This document shows, one piece after another, positions 38,101-51,697 of a stretch of DNA of 64,000 bases. Made by a program: the position numbers and the translations under genes. Numbering within the stretch: position 1 is the first letter of the stretch; each line of letters opens with the position of its first letter. Source of the stretch: Mytilus trossulus (Eukaryota); assembly GCF_036588685.1 (NCBI RefSeq), contig NC_086379.1, positions 62,930,001 through 62,994,000 on the forward strand, written 5' to 3'. The notes beneath the pieces were generated by a model, which did not search any database, was not told the origin of the DNA, and was given only the letters and a program-made list of their open reading frames with translations.

Positions 38101-41094
38101 TACCATATATGGTAGCATATCGCCTACAGATATGTCCATTACAGGAGTGTAGTAAAAACAACTTTTATTGTTTCTAATTGTAATCTGTAATCAGATTATA
38201 TGCTTATATTACAATTTATTTAGCCTTTTGTATTCACACATCTTTTGATCGGTTTTTCTGTCGTTTTTTTCTATTCTTATATTCTGAGATGGCTAACATG
38301 TAACATTAGTACTATCTTATCGTGATTAAGTCTTCTTCTCTCGTCAATATATCATATTAAGATGACTAGACTTATTTATTTGAAAGGAATATTAATTCTA
38401 TTTACAATCAGATTAGTTTACGGACATGCAGTTATCAATTTATTTCAAAGTAAACAGCTTTTATTTGGTCAATAACTAGTTCTATATTTCATCTCATACA
38501 ATTTATGGAATTGGGTTAAAAATCAAGTGTTTGCAATTTGTTAATAGAAATATCGGTCTTTCAATGTTCTAGAGAGGTTTTATAACAAAATGTGTGTTAA
38601 ACAATATGATATAGACGGCAACGGCAATACCACACAACATCCCCAAAAAAAAAACAAACAAACAAACAAACTAAAGTTGATATATAGTGTTATGTTCTTA
38701 TTTATAAACTACTATGAAATGTTTAAAACTGCTTCATTAAAATGAATATAATAAAATAATAGTACCATAACCAACCCTTTATTTTTGCTGCTTTAACTGC
38801 AATATACAACTTTCAATTACCATTGGAAAAGTATGTCTATGATTTTTTTTAAACTGATGCCGATAACGCTTTATCAGAAGTTTAGTCTATAGTCTATTAG
38901 CAAATAGAAAAGTTGAAGTTTCGAACTTAAAAAGCGGACAAAATCTTGTTGTACACCTATGAAAGAGTTGGGTTTTCTTTGCATTTTGTGTTTTTTGCTC
39001 TACATGAAGTACTGATTTTGTGTCATGGATAAATATCCCATATCATTGCTTTTCAGCTATCATTTACGACTTTTCTACTGTCAATTAATAGTTGACTTTC
39101 TAGAATAACGAGTTAATTCTCACAACATCTTTTTTTAACGAAATGTACGGTATCATTCCATATGTTAATTGCATTTTTGTTGGTAAAGAGAATGCAAAAG
39201 GTTTATTATTATTGTTTAATATTTGAGACGAACCGTGTTCTAAAAGGTCTCCGCCGATTCACATGTTTTCTCTGTCCAAGGACAATAACCCAATTATTTT
39301 TGTTTGTATTTTAAAAAAAAAATCATAAATGTCCTACAAGAAATGTAGGCGTGAAATCGTTCACTCTGCCATTTTGAACATATTTTTCATTTCTAGGGGC
39401 ATTTTAACTCAAGTATAATTTTTGATTGGAACCCCTTACGCATTCAAGACTTTGCTGAAACAAAACCATTGAAGAAAATTTCATAAAAGTATAGGCTAGA
39501 GAGTGATAAAATGTTATTTCACAATATTTATATTTTTAACGGTATTTGTTTTTTCATCTTATAGCTTACTGATCGGCACTGCTCGTCTTTGATACAAATA
39601 ACGTCTACAACTTTACAAGATTGTTCGCGTGATGCTGAAATAATTAAAGTTTTAAAGTTGTGACCGTATGAATGATTATTCATGTCAACGGAGGAATGCT
39701 GACTACTGGGCTGCTAATAACATGGGGAAAACAGCTACCACTCAGTGGCCTCGACTGAAAAAAGTATATCAATGTTACCACACATAATGAAACTTATTGA
39801 GGAAGTAGGATTCCACCCGCAGGAATTTTTCAAAGTTTGTATCAGTAAGCGTTCAGACTTGTCTGAAAATATTGTTTATACGAATGTATTTCTATAGATC
39901 AAAAGTGTGGGAATTTTCTATTAAATCTTTTCCCTTGGCTTGATAGAGGTATTGATAAATGTTATAATTATGCTATTGTTTAAGTACTGTAGCTATTATT
40001 CCTTTAGAAGAAAGACTATGCTAGTCTTTCTGTATAATTTATGAAGTTGTTGAATTAAATCGTTTATGAAATTCATTAACCGATAATAGTGTAGGACAAT
40101 ACTATCACATCAGCAGATGAACACTCAGTGATAGCTTTCAGCAACAAAGAACTTTCATGATACGGTATCACATTGTTAATCATAAGTTTTTGTTTTATAT
40201 TTTTGTATGGTTGTACTCTTGGTTTCTCTTATACTGGTATTCTAGTTTAGAGTTAAGTGCCTTTCCGGACTTATTATGTGATGCAAATGGCATTCTTGAA
40301 CTAATCAGAAACCTCTGCGGTTGTTGTCTTGTGTTAATTCATTTGGTAATAAAAGCAGATTATTAACAATCTTTTCCTTCAATATCATTATTTAAAAAGG
40401 TTTCTTAAGGCTGGTAAGGTTGCAAACTTGTAAAATGGAGAAAAAAATGAAAAGTAAATTCAAAGAGTCCGTTTTATGCTGATGTGCAAGGCATTCTGTT
40501 TTTAGGAACTTATATCAAATATGCGATACATTAGAAATATATAAGTTAACAATCTAAAGTTTGAAAACATTTCCATAACCACATGGTCTGTGGTCTCGGG
40601 AAGCAAAAACGCAATAAGAATGGTTCGCTAAGGTATGTGTTGTCAGTCGTTGGACTAAAAGAAATCGTTCAAGAAAATGTCAGAAAAAACGCATAAAATC
40701 TACAAATTTTCACTACTAAATCCATCGAGGAGATTTAAGAAATATGGAAGATTTAATTACTTAGCGAAAGGACATATTTCGAAAGAAAAGAAATGAAAAT
40801 ATCCGCAAAAGGATCTAAATCAATAAATCAAACAGTAATTATAAAGATTTTACGCACCAACCTCATCTAAAGAATGAAACTATCATTTTAGATTTAATTT
40901 CAAATTTTAAATATGGTGTTGGTCTTAATTTGATAATGCTTACTCATAGTTTACTAAAACTAAAACGCATGGATTATGACTTTTAGTTCGAGTTTCATCA
41001 CTAACAAATTAATGATGACCGATTTTCAAGGAATGCAACTAGGAAGATCACCGTTTCAAGATATAATTATTTGTCTCTTAATTACAAAAAACGG

Positions 41095-42195
41095 ATCCAT
41101 GTCACGTAGCTACTTACTCATATATGGTAGGATCTCTCGGTGAAACTTCCTTCCGATTTGTAGAATAACTCGACGCATACACGAAATTGGTATTGCAAAT
41201 TGCATAAATGTTGATATAAGACCAAATAAAAGCCAATTATATTATGTTCTTATTCCTAGGTTTAAAAAATTTGCGGTTTTTGTACACGGATTTCATTTTC
41301 ACCAACGAGATATGAAATTTGTGTTCTTTCAGGAAGTAGCATGATATGTTACGACTAAAATGTTTATTTTGCACAATATTTTATAAATTAACATCTGCAT
41401 CTTATATCAATGCGACCATTACTTTGTTTATTCAGACAAAAAGTTTCAGGAAATCATAATATACCTCGGACGAATCACGTATTTCATTCGCATCAGCTTT
41501 CCCGGATCCGGATTCATGTCGTTAAGAGACAGATATTATAATTGCTATCAAAATTAAAGAATTGAAAATTACTCGACAGATTTATTTTCAAGAAAGCCAA
41601 AGAGGATACTTTGTCTCAAATATAACTGAATTTTTAACCATCTTCTCTTGATTAGAAAAACTAATCTATGTCACCAACTTTCTCTTCTCATATATGGTAG
41701 GATCTCGCAGTAAAACATCCTTCCGATTGGTAAAATAATTCGACTCATACACAATATTGGTATTGCAAATTGAATAAATGTTCGTTTAAGACTGAAAAAA
41801 TCATTTAATTTCAGTAGAATTACATTTATGTTATTATTCCTATGTTTGAATAGTTTTCGGTTTTCGAATTCGTATTTCTATTGACTAAGACCAGATATGA
41901 AATATAGCTAGAGGAAAATTACTGCAAATAACGTTCTGAAAGGTATGTCCCTGAAAACTGATATGTTCATTCAGGAAGTAGCATGATATTTTACGACTAA
42001 AATGTTTGTATTGCACAATATTTTATAAATTAACATCTGCATCTTATATCAATGCGACCATTAATTTGTTTATTCAGACAAAACGTTTAAGGAAATCATT
42101 ATTTACCTCGGAAGCATCACGTATTTTAATCGGAGCAGCTTTCCCGGATTTTCCTGATTCATGTTGTTTAGAGACAGGTATAATTGCTATTGTTT
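41095..42195 (-). pseudogene. Tandemly duplicated two-exon module, decayed (Tyr-motif cytoplasmic-tail-like)
   Basis: 41095-41550 resembles 41665-42192. Donors GAG|GTA at 42107 and 41465. Exon 41791-41688 has an AG acceptor and exon 41221-41118 has a GTAAGT donor. Peptides ..IRDSSE|SYINIYAICNTNFVYASSYSTNRKEVSPRDPTIY. Confidence 0.5.
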
Positions 42196-42640
42196 CAACT
42201 AATGATGATCTTGAGAATAAGTATATAGAAGTCATACAAAGCCTATAAAACAAACATTTCATGTTTTGCTTGATAGATAGTTGTATACCCATTGGTTTAT
42301 CTATCTCAAAACATAATTCTGTTACGAACGCATAATTCTGTCTAGCAAAATAGCAAACTTTAACATTCTTTGAAAAGGAAATTTTTATTGTATTTTTTTT
42401 TCCTGTATGAAATTAAGACATTAAATGCCAAGTCAGGGATATGGCTACTGTTATCTTATAGTTCGTTTCTGTGTGTGCTGCATTGTAGTGTTTCTGTTGT
42501 GTCGTTGTTCTCTTCTTATATTTGATGTGTTTCCCTCAGCTTTAGTTTGTAATCCAGATTTGTTTTTCCCAATCGATTTATGAATTTCGAACAACGATAT
42601 ACTACTTTTGCATTTATAGATGTTTAACTTGTGTCTTTAA

Positions 42641-43315
42641 AGGGGCACTAGCTGTCAAATTCATGGTCACCGATTTGACTCAAATTCTCATATTTGGTTT
42701 ACAACAAGGTAAAACATTTATTCAACTATCAAAAGTCTAAAATACAGAGCATGGGGGAGATAATATATAGGTTCGTTTCGTGTGTATTTTAATCCAGACG
42801 CCATCTTATTAACTATCGATTTGTCCTCAGATGACCATATAAGCGATGTAAACATAAATAAAGATATGAATAGATTAAACCAACACTTGCAATTAAATTT
42901 TTTTAGGTCTGTTTGATTTTATTTTATAGATTAAAAATAGATGTTTCTCATTGCTTTTAACCATGTAAGAATGATTTTATGTGCATTGAATTCGTAATCA
43001 AATGATTTACCGTAGTTTTACTTTCATTGTTGACATTCTTTTTCTTTAAATAACCAGTTCGCGTACAATGCATGCGTGGTCAATCTCTAGCTAGGGGTTA
43101 AATTGAAGTTCACATGAATACGGATTTAAAGAGGTCGACTCATTCACTTGCAAGTCAATTACTAATTATCAATGTTTCTTAGCGTAATTTGACAAAATTG
43201 AACCTTTTTGGCAACAAAAAAAGAGAATTGTTATTTCACCTTTTCACTTTCATTATTGATTGAACAGAAAACAATCAAACTTTAGTTTTTTATATATCTC
43301 GTAGCTAGTGCCCCT
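42641..43315. mobile_element. Non-autonomous TIR element (MITE) with TTAA TSD, Kolobok-like
   Basis: Perfect 13-bp TIR AGGGGCACTAGCT (42641-42653 and 43303-43315). TTAA at 42637-42640 and 43316-43319. RR..YY termini favour Kolobok over piggyBac. Confidence 0.85.
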
Positions 43316-43690
43316 TTAAATTTGACCAAAGTTTTCTCAAATGACATACGTGGAAACGATCAACCTAAAGACATTACAGGAGTCGTAACTAAACATCATC
43401 AACAATAAAAAAAAATCTAGTCTTGATCAAATGGGCCAGTATTTTAACTTTCTGACAAATAAAATATTATGATTTGGTTTAGATATAACAACTTATTATT
43501 TATGCCACATTTTTCCGATAGTTTGGAATATCTCGCAATCACAAACAAAAAATGTGACATGTTGCGCTTGTAGTTCAACATGACGCAAGACAAATTGTCA
43601 GTTCAAGTTAAATTCACATTCTATTAAACGCTTAAAAGAAGAAGAAAAAAAGAAGAGGAAACTAACGACTTATCCTTACATAATGTGCTA

Positions 43691-43981
43691 GGTGTAATAA
43701 TAGTTATCAAAGGTACCAGGATTATAATTTAGTACGCCGCCAGACGCACGTTTCGTCCACATAAGACTCATCAGTGACGTTCATATCGAAATATTTATCA
43801 AGCCAAACAAGTACAAAGTTGAAGAGCATTGAGGATCCAAAATTCCAAAAAGTGGTGCCAAATACGGCTAAGGTAATCTATGCCTGGAATAAGAAAATTC
43901 TTAGTTTTTGAAAATTTCAAAGTTTGGTAAACAGGAAATTTATTAAAATGACAACATTATTGATATTCATGTCAACACCGA
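43691..43981 (-). mobile_element. Retrozyme-like element, partial, intact hammerhead
   Basis: Reverse complement of the 10570-10835 and 24540-24818 segments. Confidence 0.8.
43738..43779 (-). ncRNA. Type I hammerhead ribozyme, intact core
   Basis: Minus strand reads CGTCA-CTGATGA-GTC(TTATGTG)GAC-GAAA-C(GTGC)G-TC-TGGCG. Confidence 0.82.
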
Positions 43982-44524
43982 TTTGGTTTAATTCCAGCAA
44001 TAGCGTTAACGGTTGGAACTTTTCAAAATCAGGGACGGAATTTAACATATATTCAGTATTAAACTATTACCATTGGCATGTCCTGTGTAAATTCATCAAC
44101 ACGAATAGAGTGTCTTGTCTTTAGTGTAAGAAAAAAAAAACAATAAACAACGTTTTCCGGCATGAAACACATCTAAATAATGTGGCAATTCTGTGTACGT
44201 GGTTATGCGTCATGTCAGACAGTATCGTTTTACTGGAGGAAACTGTCAAAAAATACAAAAAGATTGTTAAATTATTTCAATACAACAGATTTATAATTTC
44301 ATACAGCGCCAATATTTGAAGTTTGTTCTGTTATGTCGAAAGTAAACTATGTAGTGATGAAACTTTTCAAAATGATCTTTTCTATACATTATCATCGAAT
44401 CGACATCAATTTGCAGAAAGATTTTGATAATCTCGTTAAAAGCCCAAATGATCAAGTTCTGTCAAGTATGACTTCTTCAAGTCTTGTATACAATATATCT
44501 TTTCATTTCTTATTAACAGAAATT

Positions 44525-44745
44525 GTTTGGATGGTTTAAAGAAAGGATCAGCTACCCAGTAGCAATCACAACAATGTTAATGGGAAGAAAATATTGGTTG
44601 GAAATCTTCAAAGAAAGGACCAGCCAACCAGTAGCAAGCAAACAATGTAAATGTGGAAACGTATTGGTTGTGTGGCTTTAAAGACAGAAATAGCTATCAG
44701 GTAGCAAGCAAACAAGTCTAATGTGTAGAATTATTTGTTTGGGTG
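44525..44745. repeat. Degenerate ~73-bp tandem repeat, 3 copies
   Basis: Recurring AAAGAAAGGA.CAGC.A.CCAGTAGCAA..AACAATGT.AATG..TATTGGTTG. Confidence 0.75.
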
Positions 44746-45587
44746 AAACGAAAATGTCTGTACCAAGTCAGGAATATGACACTTGTTGTCAATTCGTTTA
44801 ATGTGTTTCAGCTTTGATTTTTCATTTCATTAGATACTTTGGGTTTTGAATTTTCCTCGGAGTCTAATATTTTTAGATTTTACTTTTTCCTATACAGTAG
44901 CAACGTTTAAAATGTATATATATATGTGAAAACGCATAAACTTATATTTCAAGTGGGTGACATTCGTCGAAGAATTGATCCTAGCATCTGGTAATTAGGA
45001 AAAGCCTTGACAGAGGTTTTAATCAGCCAGGAAGACTGTCTATCTACTTGATGGTAGCGAACATTAAGCTTAATCATTGATACCGTTTACTTCATTAGTA
45101 ATTGAATTTCAATCGAATATTGATGGTATCATTATTGTCAGACAATTTGTTACCAGACTCCTCATCATGCCATTCTCTAATGAAAAGGCGGATGTCCGAA
45201 GTTTCCAATGTCAACAATTTGATATTTAAAAGATTGCTTAATTGGTCACGGCTGCTATAAAAGGCAAACCAAGAGCATGGTATTTTAGTACTACTAATGT
45301 ATATAGAATGTAAAACCAATAATAAACTTTTTAAGGAAAGTAAATAAAATTAATTACATTTTCATTTGTTCACTAGTTGTTTTCTTTCCGTAACTGGTTT
45401 ATGGTGTTCTTATTATGTTACAATTATATATTTTATTCGTGACATCCCAATTTTCTTCATTAGCGTTATCTAAAGGATTTTGACAAAAAGGTCTTTTCCT
45501 TTAATCTTTGATATGAATGTAAAATTTGTATTTGTTATATACACTTTCTATTTTTTACAATATCACACAAGAGTTCTGAGGTTGAAT

Positions 45588-45830
45588 GATAAAATTGAGA
45601 ATGGAAATGGGGATTATGTCAAAGAGACAACAACCCGACCAAATAAAAAAAAAACAGCAGAAGGTCACTAACAGGTCTTCAATGTAGCGAGAAATTCCCG
45701 CACCCCGAGGCGTCCTTCAGCTGGCCCCTAAACAAATATATACTAGTTCAGTGATAATGAACGCCATACTAATTTCCAAATTGTACACAAGAAACTAAAA
45801 TTAAAATAATACAAGACTAACAAAGGCCAT
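45588..45830. repeat. Dispersed repeat family D
   Basis: Shared GGGTGCGGGAATT(T)CTCGCTACATTGAAGACC block, inverted at 1772-1887 and 63226-63305. Confidence 0.85.
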
Positions 45831-46110
45831 TTTAAAACAGATTAAAAACACCTAAAGATGAATTTATCATAAAAAAATTCTAGAAATTAAAAAAAAACAA
45901 GCACTGGTTATATGTCAGCTGGTATCATTTTTGTTGCACTTATACATTTGGAAAAAAGGGGATAATGCTTTTTTAATTGTAAGACATAAATGGCTTTATG
46001 TGATGTTACATCGATTATTAGGAATTAATTAAAGAAGATAATGTTAAAGGATAAATTCCTATTGGCCAAGACACAATGAGTAAATAACGGCTTAATGATC
46101 TATGAACGTC

Positions 46111-46210
46111 GACGATGACGGCGATGATGATGACAATGACAATGATGATGAGGAGGAGGAGGTGGATCGACGATGATGACGAGGAGTAAGAGGAGGAAAT
46201 GGACGATGAA
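46111..46210. repeat. Degenerate (GAY/GAG)n trinucleotide tract
   Basis: GACGATGACGGCGATGATGATGACAATGAC..GAGGAGGAGGAG. Confidence 0.85.
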
Positions 46211-47341
46211 ATTGAGCTTCTAAGATCGACACCTTATTTTCTAAATTTAACTGAATAAATTGAAGAGAAGAAAATCATAACTCATGAGAAAATAATCATA
46301 ATCATTTAATAAAAAAAAGGAGCTCATCATGCTTAAATAATTACTGAAGTTATTTTATACACACAATTTATCGTTCGATCGAATATCACTTATCAGGGCT
46401 TGTAATGTTTAATAACTAATTCCATTAGTTTCTGATATGAGTACATTATGGTCAACATTAGTGTTTTTAATTATACATGAACCCATTTATTTTCTACAAA
46501 CATCGCTAAATTGAATAGTGTTCTGATTAATTAATATATGTGTATGCATCCATATTTCCACAATAGTTATTCCTTGATGGTTTTTTTTTCCATTTAAACC
46601 ATTTTTTTGCGAATTTTGTACACTTCATGACTTATGATAATTAGATAAAACGATGCAGACAATATATCCTAATGATTGTATTCTATTTTAACATATATTG
46701 TCATATGTTTTATCGATGATGAGGTAGCTATCTAAATAAATGTTGTATATTACGACTGTTCCAGGACAGTCGTGGTGTTTCAGTGGAGAATGCATAAACC
46801 TTATTTCAATTTCGTCAGTCCAGCAAGCCGAGGTTTGTTTCCTGTAAAACCCGACATTTCAAAATCATAATAAGGCAAAAGAGGTTTTATGCTGATAAAT
46901 GTATTGTGTTGTCAGTCGCTGACTTTTACTCAATATATCTGTTTTTATATCTATAAAACTGTGTTATCAAGGAAATAAGAAATAGACACAGAAAAAGGCT
47001 TATTTATAAAAGTAACATAAATGAAAAAATAGTTTAAAAAAATGATTTCTACTTGTTAGGAAAATGTACCTGTTAAACGCTTTGGGTTTGCAAGTTCCAA
47101 TGTTTTTTTAGTTGTTATAAAATCAAGCAAAAGTTAGTATGATATTATAACTTGGGCATGAACCTCTCCTCTTCTCGTTTTCACAAGTGACTTTCCAATT
47201 GAACCAATATTGATTAAGCTCAGCAAAATAGAAAAACTTCTGCCATTACCTTGTTCGTTAAAAATGTATACAGAGCACTTTAACAATTACATCTTGTAAA
47301 GAAAATACAGCAATTAAAATGGATCGTGCCAAGATTAAATA

Positions 47342-47536
47342 TTTCTTATCCCAGGCATGAGTTACCTTAGCCTTTATTTGGCACAACTTTTTGGAATTTT
47401 GGATCCTCAATGCTCTTCAACTTTGTATTGTTTTGGCTTTATAAATATTTTGATATGAGCGTCACTGATGAGTCTTATGTAGACGAAACGCGCGTCTGGC
47501 GTACTAAATTATAATCCTGGTACCTTTGATAACTAT
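47342..47536 (+). mobile_element. Retrozyme-like element, 5'-truncated, intact hammerhead
   Basis: Homologous to 62650-62840 and 24628-24818. Ends GGTACCTTTGATAACTAT. Confidence 0.82.
47459..47502 (+). ncRNA. Type I hammerhead ribozyme, intact core (predicted cleavage after C47496)
   Basis: Identical 44-nt motif to 10417-10460. Confidence 0.88.
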
Positions 47537-49889
47537 AGGTTGATATCTTCATACTCATCAGATTCAAATTAATCAACCGTAAAAGACTAAGGTGAACACA
47601 TGAATTTTACGCTGTGAATGTTTTATGGAAAGAAACAACCATCGCATACTGTATGCACAAACAAAAGTCATATTAGTACAGTAAACTTGACACATAGACA
47701 TCTCCAGTCTAGTCAGAAGACTTCTTCAGAGGAGGGTGTCTGTCTAACAGTTAAATCAATAATAACAGTCGATCAGAAGGTAAACATTTATTGAATGTAT
47801 ACTCAAGTTATCAGACAGTGCCAAGTCTCATTTGTTTTAAGTAGTCCCTTTAAACCCCATGTGCCCTCAGAATCGAACAATTGATTGTCCTAATTGTGGC
47901 TGAAATAATAGACACAGGACGTAAAAAAATAAATGCACTTTACTTTAAGCAGTCTGCAGGGATACATAATTCTGTATATATGATTTTTTGCCAGCCATCA
48001 GATTTTTCGGTCATCTGAGTTCACAGCACTTCAGTTCTTTGATAAGATAAAAATAAAAGCACAAACTTAAAACACTTAACTATCCAATAAATCAAATCAA
48101 ATTAAGCAAGAGTTTGTACAAAAATGTGGTGCATAAAAAATATAAAACAACGCTTTTCATTAGAAAATATGTTCGACACCACAGCAGTTTATATTTATAA
48201 AAATACTTAAGAAAACTAATTTATTTCTGGCTTGATCGTTTTTACAAGGGGTCTTTATAAACTTGAGGACGGTTGTCAAAACATAGACCTGAAATTTGAT
48301 ACGGTAGATTGCAATGGTCAATGAAACAAACAACCTAAGCATTAAAAAAACAGTTGTGGAATATTTCACCAATGAGACAGCAATCCAACAATGAACATAA
48401 CCTGCATAGACAACATGATCAAAAGTCTATCAATTTACTTTTTATAACATGTCAGTTATTAATTTGACAAACGCGATTTTTTTTCATATATCAATCTTTT
48501 CCGTTCATTAATTCCTTTTTCGTTATGATTACAAAGAATTTTAGACAAGATTGAAATACACATTGCATTTTATATTTACTTTAAAAACAGGGAAATAAAA
48601 CCGACAAACTATTACTACAATAGCTTCAATTTTAAAACGCAGCCAATATAGATTTGATTTCCTTCTGATAAATAATATCATAAATCAATTTCACTGAAGG
48701 CGTTTGATATCAAACAAAGATAATACAATTGGATTTATCCGAATACTTGAAAAGTATGGAAAAGAGCATCAGCTTCGTTCTAAGTAAACTACAAGCAATA
48801 TCTCCATGGGAAGAAGGCACCAAAGTTCTACTGAACATCCTGTTTACTGCTCACTTGCCGCTGGGATGCAATTATAATCAACAATATTCTAAGGATTCAT
48901 TCCCTATGACTGATAATCAAAATAGCTAACATTGAATTAATATAAAGGTTTAGTTGCTATAAGAGTCTTGAGAAAGCTGCATATCATCATCTTCAGAACG
49001 TATTTATACATCATTTCTATTATAAAGGTCTGACACAAATTAAAAATTGATTTTTGATACAGATAACATAAGGAACGGCAGTCTACGTGAGGACATTACC
49101 ATCAACAGATGCCGGATTTATTTCCGAGTAATTAAAACTACATTTTCTGTCTTTAAATGCACGACATCTTTCAACTAAATGCTTAATGAAGACTAGATAA
49201 TATTTGTTGACACGTTATTACAGTTAATAAGTAAGCTAGTGTGAAAGACACGTATGGAACGCCGTACGCTCTGTTCATTGTGAATGGTAACTGCATAGTG
49301 CTTTTATGCCTGGAACAAAACGATAGCCTCCTACATGTTGGCATTTCAAAATCTTGCCATCAAATTAGGTGCGATATCTTTAAAAGATTGAATGCACAAC
49401 CTTATCTTGTAATGTTTTCCTGTAACTAGAAAAAAATATTTAATTAAAATAAATAATCATTATAGTTTTTTCATCATGAAGAATCCAATTGTCTCTAAAT
49501 TATTCCACTATTTTTATTTAGTCAAAGAAATTGTAAAGTCAGTAAATCGTTTACGTTTTCTCATATACTCGCTGGATTTAAAGAAGTATTTTGTTCGATT
49601 TCCAACGGCGTTCATTAGCTTCAAATCAAAGTGCTTGTAACATTTAAACTGACAAGCGAACTACATTACTATTCATGAACATGCAATAATGCCGAAGTCT
49701 TTGACACTTGAGTGTACGAATGGTGTAATTACGTAATGTAAGGGTAGGTAAGGAAACGTCAAAATTTGTCTTCTCTGTATTTTAGCATCGATGTTATACA
49801 ATATAAGGCAGGTTCCATTGTTGTTGGGTTTTTTATGTGTTTTTTATTGGACAAACAACAACGTATTTTAACGACTTATCTACAAAAGA

Positions 49890-50680
49890 CAGGCAGACAC
49901 AAACATTGAATATTAAAACTAAAAAGGGACAACGTCATAGCAAAAAACGAAAAACAACAAAAGACAAACAGTCAACACAATGTGAAAAACTCATAACTAG
50001 GCAACAAGCACAAACATCATCTTATACTAGGGAGATCATAGATGGAATGGTAAGAAGATCCTGTTATTCATGCCTCCACTATGTGTTGCTCCTTTAAGTA
50101 CAAATCCGGTTATGTTGTATTCGAACGGAAAACGAAGCAATTATAATTCCGAAATCGAAACTTATCTGTGGTAATCTGTTAAACACAGGCTTAACAACGA
50201 TCAAGCGACTCATGATGATTATCGTAAATTTTTTCGGTGAGTTCAATTATACAACTTTGACCCTTTGGTTTAATAGCTTGCTTGTAAGCAGCAATGCTAT
50301 ATCAAATATTCCAAGATACGAAACACAATTAATTAAAAGTAAATCACGATAAGAGGCAGTCCTAACTGTCTCTGTTATATCCTTCATTTCAATTTCAATA
50401 TTATAAATGCATTCAACATACTCACCAAACTTTGAAACTTTGAAAGCTAGTTACATTTCATTCTTTCTAAGAAACTCCTGTATGCAGGCTGACTCATATG
50501 AACAAAGGAGCAAGTCCACAAAAGGAGGACCACGATTGATTACCAATTGCTTGTTTTAGTGGGTTTTTTTCTCCGTGCGTAACAAATATGTTGTCAATAA
50601 AACATCAAGTATAATTATTGAAAACTCCAATGTCAGACAATTGTTTAAATCAGAGAGATTTTTTTCAAATTCTGAAAATA
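49890..50680 (-). mobile_element. Decayed Penelope-like retroelement: RT C-terminal relics plus 3' tail
   Basis: Minus-strand peptides PPFVDLLLCSYESACIQEFLRKNE, FGEYVECIYNIEIEMKDITETVRTASYRDL and LLLTSKLLNQ..KFYDNHHESLDR, followed by a diverged family-C tail. Clade assignment is from recall of molluscan RT consensus sequences. Confidence 0.68.
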
Positions 50681-51401
50681 CCGCTCTAATACAAAGTAAA
50701 CGTTGACCATTTGTTTTTATGGAAAAAGATCCGACCGATTCTATCAATCTATCTTTGAATTTGTAGTGAAGAATACTTTGTAAAGGTATGGTTTAATGTT
50801 GTGTTTCTGTTGTGTTGTAGTTTCCCTCTTATATTTCATGCGTTTCCCTCAGTTTTAGTTTGTAACCCCGATTTGGTGTTTTTCTCTTAAGCGATTGATG
50901 AATCTCGAACAGCGGTATATTACTGTTGACTTTATTCACCATTGCAAGATCAAATAGACTTAGATTGTAAAGATTTTTTGTATCTTTGAATCTTTTAACT
51001 ATGAACATTCGTATTACTCCTAGAGTATGTAGTCTCATAATTATCCTCCAAAGCCCAAGATTAACAGACACGATAAAGATGGATAATACATATAAAGAAT
51101 AATAGTTATCACTAAAAAATATGGACAGTACTACTAACCATATCAATTCGAAACTTAAAACCTCTGGAAAAAAAACCAGAATTGCAAAAATAACGAACCA
51201 CGGAAAATTAGGGGCGAAAATAGTTTACATTTATGTAAGATACTATCTTTGTTACTGCTTTTAGTAAACATTATTCAGCACAAGCATAATCTCAATTTAC
51301 AGTTACTGAAAATAATGAGTCATAACGTCCTATTTATGTTTTTAAAGTTTATGTTTCATGTGGTCGTTATAATCATAACAGTTAATTTTATTGAATATTT
51401 A

Positions 51402-51697
51402 CCAGATTGATAAATATTTCAATTAGAAATCAAAACAAACGCAGTGCCTTTAAAACTGGTCTTTGACTCTTTTATGCAGGTAAAAAGCGTCAGTCTACAG
51501 CTTGGTCTGTTTGAAAGTATATAGATAGAGTGGCATGTCTGTCTATTAACTTTTACTCTAAAATTGTCTTTAAGTTCTAACTCAGTGTGCAAGTTCAAAT
51601 CCGGGTTCATATTTATAACATTGTAATAAGTTCTTGTCTTGGAATGTGGATGATAAGTAACCCACTGTGAGTTAAACATTCACCAATAGAGTTTCTA
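51402..51697 (-). pseudogene. Possible decayed Ig-like exon
   Basis: Bounded by TTTTATATAG acceptor and TG|GTAAAT donor, about 296 bp. Relics LLQC..EPG..H*V and YTFKQT..FTCI across frameshifts. Confidence 0.3.

Noticed and set aside
46111-46210. Acidic D/E-rich coding exon
   Set aside because: Frameshifted and interrupted by TAA, with no convincing splice context. Treated as a microsatellite.
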